From contig BPJI01000001.1 of the NCBI GenBank assembly GCA_026004535.1, positions 143,915 through 207,914 on the forward strand: a stretch of 64,000 nt of DNA, written 5' to 3'. The notes beneath the pieces were generated by a model, which was not told the origin of the DNA, ran no database searches, and was given only the letters and a program-made list of their open reading frames with translations. Positions within the stretch are counted from its first letter, which is position 1. Each line of letters opens with the position of its first letter. Below, piece by piece: positions 58,801 through 64,000 of the stretch. This stretch comes from Candidatus Parcubacteria bacterium (GTDB lineage Bacteria > Patescibacteriota > Minisyncoccia > UBA6257 > HR35). Both the position numbers and the translations under genes were made by a program.

Positions 58801-59944
58801 TGAATCAGCTGGAGAAAATCTTACTTATGACCTTTCTGTTCCAACAAATGTAACTTATATTGCTAATGGTTTTATCAGTCATAATACAATTTCTTTTATG
58901 ATGGATGCAGATACAACTGGAGTTGAACCCGATTTTGCTTTAGTTAAAATGAAACAACTTGTTGGTGGTGGTTATATGAAGATTGTAAATAGAACTATTC
59001 CTCTTGCCTTAAGAAGACTTGGCTATAGCGAAAAAGAAATTGAAGATATTGTTAAACATTTAGAAGAAACTCAAAATATTGAAACAGCGCCTCATCTAAA
59101 ACCAGAGCATTTATCTGTTTTTGATTGTGCTATTAAGCCACCCGGAGGAAATAGATATATTCATTGGCTAGGACATGTAAAAATGGTTGCTGCTATTCAA
59201 CCATTTATTAGCGGTGGAATCTCGAAAACTTTCAATATGCCTAATGAGACTTCAATTCAAGAAATTTATGATGCCTACTTTACTGCTTGGAAATTAGGAA
59301 TTAAATGTTTTGCTGTTTATCGTGATGGTTCAAAAGCAACTCAGGCTTTATACAGTGAAAAAAAGGAGAAGAAAAGCAAAGAAAAAATTGAAAGACGAAA
59401 ACTACCTTTAGTTAGGCAATCTGAAACTCATAAATTTTCAATTGCCGGCCATGAAGGTTACTTAACCTATAGCATTTTTGAAGATGGTTCTTTGGGTGAA
59501 ATTTTCATTCGTATGTCAAAACAAGGAAGTACTTTGGCTGGTCTTTTGGATGCTTTTGCAATTTCAGTTTCGATTGCTCTTCAATACGGTGTGCCTTTAA
59601 AGGAATTGGCAAGTAAATTTGTTTATATGAGATTTGAGCCAATGGGAATTACTAATAATCAAAAAATACCAATTGCAAGTTCAATTATTGATTATATTTT
59701 TAAATATCTTGGTTATAAATTCTTAACTCCAGAAGAATTAAAAGAAATAGGTTTAGAAGTTAAAGAGGAATCTATCTTAAAAGAACATCCAAGATTAATT
59801 GAATCAAAATTTGAGTTAGATCCGGTGAAGACAGAAAATAATTTATCTGGTCCGCCATGTAAATATTGTGGTGGAATGACGACTCGAACTGGTAGTTGTT
59901 ATACTTGTTTAGAATGTGGTGAAACTTCTGGCGGTTGTAGTTAG
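55814..59944 (+). CDS. nrdJ: Class II (adenosylcobalamin-dependent) ribonucleotide reductase NrdJ, interrupted by a LAGLIDADG intein and carrying an in-frame ACAGAACT-repeat insert
   Basis: 1376 aa precursor; SPVWFNFG, ACFIL, ATNPCSEY, C-terminal Cys-rich tail; host junction VIAPTG|C...SHN|TISFMMDADTTGVEPDF restores the conserved APTGT...GVEP block. Confidence 0.85.
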   Translation: MPKRTLTSNQVVFKTSSNFLKIQRFFTKERVHPYDEVKWIKTTAEIPGSNFKMEDVEFPDFYSQNAINIIASKYFKINKGKQEKSLKELIDRVVKTFKKWGLEQGYFNEKEAKIFEDELTYILLHQYAAFNSPVWFNFGVEGRSQQGAACFILDVQDNMESILDWIKTEGMIFKGGSGSGVNLSKLRAKGEPLSTGGASSGVISFMKAADAVAGSIKSGGSTRRAAKMVILNADHPEIMDFIRVKAEEENKVRALMEAGYDMTDLNNPLWQNIFFQNANNSVRIPDDLMEAAMKDEKWQTYYRTTGKASQAYKAKDILWEIAKAAWECGDPGVQFDDIIQKWHTCKNSGRIEATNPCSEYIFLNWTSCNLSSINLLKFLKEDGKFDIPAFLHTVRVMFLAQDIMISKADYPHPKITEETKKYRTIGLGYTNLGALIMALGLPYDSDEARNLAASITALMTGEAYKLSTQISAKLEPFPEYEKNKEPMLEVMEMHRKALLKLIQNFTELKQNSQKKHRTDGTNTELTENIAAEHTELIQNLQKNSASSASYSVSSVTEEILEKAKEVWDEVIENGKKYGFRNAQATVIAPTGCLVGNSLISTEYGLVPLETLGNPLGYKWQDLNIEVMTDEGPQLATKFYVNGLVETRKIVTKNGYEIVGTPEHRIKVFDKESGELKWKYFADIKEGDIVALEMNTIFGSPKPIELPPLPELHWNQDFDAKVPRHMNEELAEIVGYFMGDGSLHSKGLRFCVTQEDKDVIERLRYLIKSQFNLDIFLTQRLGYIEVSVNSVPLVLWWEACGFKKKQKKVGKGWEPHIPLTILYSNDRKIYTAFLRGLFEADGTVWKDSKTPALSTHSKEFHDQIKYLLLALGIPTKSKIGISGWDKKNLYVLYVKNREYAKKFGEEIGFIGERKNKLLENITTKPSQIKMDQVYLSQNLVEAITPLLTKRERDSLRLEFKRKNAITRSFALRILDKVENKAFNYYVNKIFFDVVKTNESAGENLTYDLSVPTNVTYIANGFISHNTISFMMDADTTGVEPDFALVKMKQLVGGGYMKIVNRTIPLALRRLGYSEKEIEDIVKHLEETQNIETAPHLKPEHLSVFDCAIKPPGGNRYIHWLGHVKMVAAIQPFISGGISKTFNMPNETSIQEIYDAYFTAWKLGIKCFAVYRDGSKATQALYSEKKEKKSKEKIERRKLPLVRQSETHKFSIAGHEGYLTYSIFEDGSLGEIFIRMSKQGSTLAGLLDAFAISVSIALQYGVPLKELASKFVYMRFEPMGITNNQKIPIASSIIDYIFKYLGYKFLTPEELKEIGLEVKEESILKEHPRLIESKFELDPVKTENNLSGPPCKYCGGMTTRTGSCYTCLECGETSGGCS
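57305..57485. repeat. In-frame inverted array of ACAGAACT units inside nrdJ
   Basis: acagaactttacagaactaaaacaaaactcgcagaaaaaacacagaactgacggaactaacacagaacttacagaaaat...acagaactaatacagaacttgcag then inverted agttctgcgtcatattctgttagttctgtt; encodes ...HRTDGTNTELTENIAAEHTELIQN... Confidence 0.8.
57587..58885 (+). mobile_element. Intein (433 aa) with LAGLIDADG homing-endonuclease domain inside nrdJ
   Basis: Begins Cys (CLVGNSLIST...), internal YFMGDGSL and LRGLFEADGTV LAGLIDADG motifs, ends ...YIANGFISHN followed by Thr. Confidence 0.85.
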
Positions 59945-60822
59945 TGTTTTCTTCTTCGACCATGAAAAGCCTGGTGAATTTCTTTTAATTCCCGATTAGT
60001 TAAATGAGTATAAATTTGTGTTGTTTGTAAATTTTTATGGCCTAATAAAAGTTGAATTGCTCTTAAATCAGCTCCAGCCATTAATAAATCGGTTGCAAAT
60101 TGATGTCTTAAAGTATGGGGAGTTATTTTCTTTAAGATACCTGCTTTTTTTGCATAATATTTAATTATTTTTTCAACTCCTCGTGGTGTTAATCTTTTAA
60201 AAGCTGAACTTTTGCTTAAATTAACAAATAAAGCTGCTTCTTTATCGGTTCTTTTTTCTAAATATTTCTTTAAATAATATTTAGCAATCTCGGAAAGAAA
60301 GACTAATCTAATTTTTCCTCCCTTACCTTTAACCCTAATTTCTTTTTTATTTAAATCTATATCTCGATTCAAAGAACAAAGTTCAGAAACTCTAAGCCCA
60401 GTACTGAATAAAGTTTCTAATAAGGCTCGATCTCTTAAAGATTTTAAATCTTCACCTGAAGCAGAGTTTAAAAATCTATTTAATTCTTCATCAGTTAAAA
60501 CATTGATTTCTCTTTCAGGAATTTTGGGCAGTTCAATTCTTAGGGGATCATAAATATTAATTTCTTTTTTTTGTAAAAATCTTAAAAAATTTCTAAGAGC
60601 AATAAGATAATAAGATTGAGTTTTTAAAGACAATCCTTTTTTGTTTAAAAATGAACGAAAATTATAAATAGTTTCGTCATCAATTTTTTTAAATTTATTT
60701 TTTTCTAGCCAGTCTAAAAAAAATTTAATTTTTCTCAAATATTCTTTAATTGTACCCCTGCTTCTTCCTTTTTCTAAAACTAAATAATCTTCGTATTTTT
60801 GAAGATATTCCTTTAAGTCCAT
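59941..60822 (-). CDS. xerC: Tyrosine recombinase XerC/XerD family
   Basis: 293 aa; R...HxxR...Y catalytic pattern (HTLRHQFATDLL...LLGHKNLQTTQIYTHL). Confidence 0.85.
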   Translation of the reverse strand: MDLKEYLQKYEDYLVLEKGRSRGTIKEYLRKIKFFLDWLEKNKFKKIDDETIYNFRSFLNKKGLSLKTQSYYLIALRNFLRFLQKKEINIYDPLRIELPKIPEREINVLTDEELNRFLNSASGEDLKSLRDRALLETLFSTGLRVSELCSLNRDIDLNKKEIRVKGKGGKIRLVFLSEIAKYYLKKYLEKRTDKEAALFVNLSKSSAFKRLTPRGVEKIIKYYAKKAGILKKITPHTLRHQFATDLLMAGADLRAIQLLLGHKNLQTTQIYTHLTNRELKEIHQAFHGRRRKH

Positions 60823-60844
60823 AAATTATATACCCCGATTATAA

Positions 60845-61181
60845 ACCGGATAATAATTTTTTCTACCTGGATGCAAACCGGATAAAACCACCCGGATTTA
60901 GACCGGATATAATTACCCGGATATAAACAGGATATAATTACCCGGATGTAAACCGGATAAGTTACCCGGATTATAACCGGATGATTTATAAAATATATTT
61001 AATCCGGTATTTATCCGGGTAATCTATCCGGTAAGTTATCCGTGTAAATATAATCCGGTATTCATCCGGGTAGATATTTTAATCCGGTGTTTATCGGGGT
61101 AATCTATCCGGTTGACTATCTGGGTAATATTTTAGTATCCGGTAATAATCCGGGTAATCTATCTGGTAGATATCCGGGTAA
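60845..61181. repeat. Second intergenic inverted array of CCGGATAA-family units between xerC and rpsO (divergent promoter region)
   Basis: Left arm aaaccggataataa...cacccggatttagaccggatataattacccggatataaacaggatataattacccggatgtaaaccggataag...; centre ~60985; right arm inverted atccggtatttatccgggtaatctatccggtaagttatcc... Confidence 0.85.
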
Positions 61182-61209
61182 TAAATTTTTATGTTATAAT
61201 TATTATACA

Positions 61210-61473
61210 ATGTCAAAAGTTAAAGAAAAAATTCAAGCTATAATTCAAAAATTTGGTAAGCACGAAAAAGATACTGGTAGCCCTGAAGTTCAAATTGCCT
61301 TATTGACTGAAGAAATTTTAAATATTCAAAGACACTTGGCTCAAAATAAGAAAGATAAACATTCTAAGCGAGGATTAATTTTAAAGATAGTTCAAAGAAG
61401 AAAACTTTTAAATTATCTTAAAAAAGAATCTTATACTCGTTATCGAAAAATAATTGAAGAGCTAAAACTATGA
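61210..61473 (+). CDS. rpsO: 30S ribosomal protein S15
   Basis: ATG at 61210 (MSKVKEKIQAIIQKFGKHEKDTGSPEVQIALLTEEILNIQRHLAQNKKDKHSKRGLILKIVQRRKLLNYLKK...); the ORF-track start at 61087 is a read-through of the repeat array. Confidence 0.85.
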   Translation: MSKVKEKIQAIIQKFGKHEKDTGSPEVQIALLTEEILNIQRHLAQNKKDKHSKRGLILKIVQRRKLLNYLKKESYTRYRKIIEELKL

Positions 61474-61973
61474 ACCCCTTGGTCCAAAAATGGCAACGAG
61501 TAAATATCTTTATTGATACTCAAAATATTTATCATTCAGCCAAAAACCTTTATAATGCCAAAGTTGATTTTAAAAAATTAATTGATCTTTTGGTTGGTGA
61601 AAGAAGTTTAATCAATGCTTTTGCTTATGTTATTCGTTCTGAGTTTACTCCTAAAGAAATTGATTTTTTTGAAGCTTTAATTAAGCAAGGAATTAATTTA
61701 AGGATCAAAGAACTTCAGATTTATCCTGACGGCAGTAAAAAAGCTGATTGGGATATTGGTATTGCTATTGATGCCGTTCGATTTAGTCAATTAGTTGATG
61801 TTGTTATTTTAGTTACTGGCGATGGTGATTTTTATCATTTAGTTGAATATTTGCAAAATCAGGGCAAGCAAGTTGAGGTTGCTGGTTTTTCTCAGACAAC
61901 TTCAGTAAAATTAAAAGAGCTGGCTGATTTTTATTATGATTTAAATGAAATAAAAAATTTGATTTTAATATGA
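61470..61973 (+). CDS. NYN-domain (LabA/YacP-like) protein, putative RNase, located between rpsO and pnp
   Basis: 167 aa; NIFIDTQNIYHSAKN...AFAY...DWDIGIAIDAV...ILVTGDGDFYHLV NYN/PIN-like acidic residues. Confidence 0.6.
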   Translation: MNPLVQKWQRVNIFIDTQNIYHSAKNLYNAKVDFKKLIDLLVGERSLINAFAYVIRSEFTPKEIDFFEALIKQGINLRIKELQIYPDGSKKADWDIGIAIDAVRFSQLVDVVILVTGDGDFYHLVEYLQNQGKQVEVAGFSQTTSVKLKELADFYYDLNEIKNLILI

Positions 61974-63994
61974 GAGAATCTTATCTTTATAAAAGTGATA
62001 ATTTAGAAATTGAGTTTGAAGTTAATGATTGGGCGGAAAGATCTTTAATTTCTTTATTAACTAAAAGTAGGGATACTGTTGTAATGACAGTTATTAATTT
62101 GGGACAAGAATTGCCTCAGTCCGATTTTTTGCCCCTAACTGTTGATTATGAAGAAAAATTTTATGCTGCGGGTAAGATCTTTGGCAGTCGTTTTATTCGT
62201 CGAGAAACAAAGCCGACAATTACTTCGATCTTAAACGCTCGTTTAATTGACCGTAGCATCCGACCTGCTTTTCCATTAAATTTTCGCTATCAAACTCATA
62301 TTGTTAATACTGTTTTATCTTATAATCCTGAAGCTAACCCCGCTCTTTTAGCTTTATTGGGAACATCATTCGCTTTAGAATATTTAAAAATTCCCTGGAA
62401 TGGACCAATTGCTGGTTTTAAAATCGAAGATACTGATAAGGAAATTTTTGTTTCTGGTACAAAAAATAAAGTTAACATGATTGAATTTGAAGGCAAAGAG
62501 ATAAAGGAAAAAGAAATTATTGAAGACATAAAAATAGCTTTCGCTGAAATTCAAAAAATAATTAATTTTATTGAAGAAAGTACAAAAAAACAAACAAGAA
62601 AAATAGAAATTAAACAAGAAAATTATAAAACTGCTGAAGAATTATTAGCGAAATTTTTAAAAGAAAAAAATATTGATCTAAAAAAATTGCTTTTTGGTCA
62701 AGAAGAGGGAGATAAGAATTGGTCAAATATTTTTGGTTTATTAGCTCAGGAGGATTTCGGAGAAAACGCTCCTTATGTTTTAAATGTTTTAAATAAAAAA
62801 TTTAAACAAATTTTCCAACAAACAGTTTTAGAAGAGAAAACAAGGCCTGATGGAAGAAAATTAGATGATATCCGTCCGATTTCAGCTCAAATTGATGTCC
62901 TACCTCGGGTTCATGGTTCTGCAATTTTTAAACGAGGATTAACTCATATTCTTTCAACTGTTACTTTTGCTGCTCCAGGTGAGGAGCTTGTTTTAAAAGA
63001 GATTGAATACGAAGGAACTAAACATTTTATGCATCAATATAATTTTCCTCCTTATTCAACTGGAGAAATTGGCTCAAGCAAAGGACCATCAAGAAGAGAA
63101 ATCGGACATGGTGAATTGGCTGAAAAAGCTTTAAGAAGTCTAATTCCTTTGCAAGAAGAATTTCCTTATACTATTCGGGTTGTTTCTGAAGTCTTATCTT
63201 CTAATGGTTCAACTTCAATGGGTTCTGTTTGTGCTTCGTCTTTAGCTTTAATGGCAGCCGGTGTTCCAATCAAAAAACATATTGCTGGTATAAGCATTGG
63301 TATAGCTTATCAGGATGATGAAAATTACGAACTTTTAACCGATATTCAAGGACCAGAAGATTTTTTTGGTGGTATGGACTTTAAAGTTGCTGGCACAAAA
63401 GATGGCGTAACAGCAATTCAGCTCGATGTCAAAATCGAGGGTTTAAATTTTGAGCAAATTGAAAAAGCTTTAACGAAAGCCAGAGAGGCAAGATTAAAAA
63501 TCATTGATTATATGGAAACAATTATTAAAGAACCAAGAAAAGAAGTTAGTCCATTTGCGCCAAAAGTTGAAGCTATTAAAATTGATCCTTTAAAAATTGG
63601 ACTAGTGATTGGTACTGGAGGAAAAACTATTAATGAAATTATCGTTGCTACTAATACAAAAATTGATATCCATCCTGACGGCTTAATTTATATTAGCGGA
63701 GAAAATCATAACAATGTCGCTTTAGCTAAAAATTGGATTAAAATTATAGGTGATTCATTACAAATTGGTGAAATTGTTAAAGGTAAAGTAATCAAAATTT
63801 TGCCCTTCGGCGCGATTTTAGAATTAGCACCACAAAAAACAGCCCTACTTCATATTTCTGAAATTGCTGATAAAAAAATAGAAAGTATCGAAAATGAAAT
63901 TAAAATCGGAGAGGAATTAAATGTTTCGGTTAAACAAATTAGCGATGATGGTAGAATTTATGTCTCTTTAAAAGATGCCCGAAGAACAAGATAA
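61970..63994 (+). CDS. pnp: Polynucleotide phosphorylase
   Basis: 674 aa; two RNase PH domains, KH (IGLVIGTGGKTINEI) and S1 (GEIVKGKVIKILPFGAILEL) domains. Confidence 0.9.
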   Translation: MRESYLYKSDNLEIEFEVNDWAERSLISLLTKSRDTVVMTVINLGQELPQSDFLPLTVDYEEKFYAAGKIFGSRFIRRETKPTITSILNARLIDRSIRPAFPLNFRYQTHIVNTVLSYNPEANPALLALLGTSFALEYLKIPWNGPIAGFKIEDTDKEIFVSGTKNKVNMIEFEGKEIKEKEIIEDIKIAFAEIQKIINFIEESTKKQTRKIEIKQENYKTAEELLAKFLKEKNIDLKKLLFGQEEGDKNWSNIFGLLAQEDFGENAPYVLNVLNKKFKQIFQQTVLEEKTRPDGRKLDDIRPISAQIDVLPRVHGSAIFKRGLTHILSTVTFAAPGEELVLKEIEYEGTKHFMHQYNFPPYSTGEIGSSKGPSRREIGHGELAEKALRSLIPLQEEFPYTIRVVSEVLSSNGSTSMGSVCASSLALMAAGVPIKKHIAGISIGIAYQDDENYELLTDIQGPEDFFGGMDFKVAGTKDGVTAIQLDVKIEGLNFEQIEKALTKAREARLKIIDYMETIIKEPRKEVSPFAPKVEAIKIDPLKIGLVIGTGGKTINEIIVATNTKIDIHPDGLIYISGENHNNVALAKNWIKIIGDSLQIGEIVKGKVIKILPFGAILELAPQKTALLHISEIADKKIESIENEIKIGEELNVSVKQISDDGRIYVSLKDARRTR

Positions 63995-64000
63995 AAAAAT

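Noticed and set aside
61087-61209. N-terminal 41-aa extension of the S15 ORF (MFIGVIYPVDYLGNILVSGNNPGNLSGRYPGNKF...)
   Set aside because: It is a read-through of the intergenic repeat array. S15 homology begins exactly at the internal Met at 61210, which is preceded by a TATAAT.

Overview
This window reads like a small, low-GC bacterial genome segment, probably Candidate Phyla Radiation/Patescibacteria (inference from split rRNA operon, intron-laden 23S, intein, short compact genes). It is mostly housekeeping and cell-envelope genes.

Main contents, in order:
- recA, tRNA-Gly, ftsK, smpB, a YvcK/CofD-like gene, rpmG (L33, not in the ORF track), tRNA-Trp, an HD-domain gene, tRNA-Leu, hpf, topA, dprA and a secreted LTD-domain protein.
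- An rRNA locus with 23S and 5S only (no 16S upstream). The 23S carries two group I introns, each with a LAGLIDADG homing-endonuclease ORF; one of these is frameshifted.
- trpS, the rplJ-rplL pair with an L10-leader-like 5' region, tRNA-Val and tRNA-Ala, priA, mreB, holB-like, frr, rseP, proS, a second mreB, mreC, mreD and PBP2.
- A ThyX-like gene followed by frameshifted fragments, a disrupted pilin/LamG gene and tRNA-Thr.
- A KH-domain gene, scpB, a D,D-carboxypeptidase, mraY, murA, a DegT aminotransferase, a MurF-like ligase, HicAB and RelE-like toxin-antitoxin pairs, and recG.
- Two tandem paralogous secreted proteins with peptidoglycan-binding-like domains, downstream of triplicated consensus promoters.
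- Decayed HEPN/MNT and LTD genes, tRNA-Gly(TCC), a four-helix-bundle protein and an O-antigen-ligase/TPR protein.
- A class II ribonucleotide reductase (nrdJ) carrying a LAGLIDADG intein, then xerC, rpsO, a NYN-domain gene and pnp.

The most unusual signal is three families of short core motifs (CCGGATAA / ATCCGCG-ATCCGTG / ACAGAACT) repeated at roughly 11-12 bp spacing, often as inverted 'palindromic' arrays. They sit in intergenic regions and also, in frame, inside essential genes (topA, priA, proS, nrdJ, dprA, the LTD protein), where they encode low-complexity peptides such as PGNLSGN and TELTEN. No CRISPR array is present.
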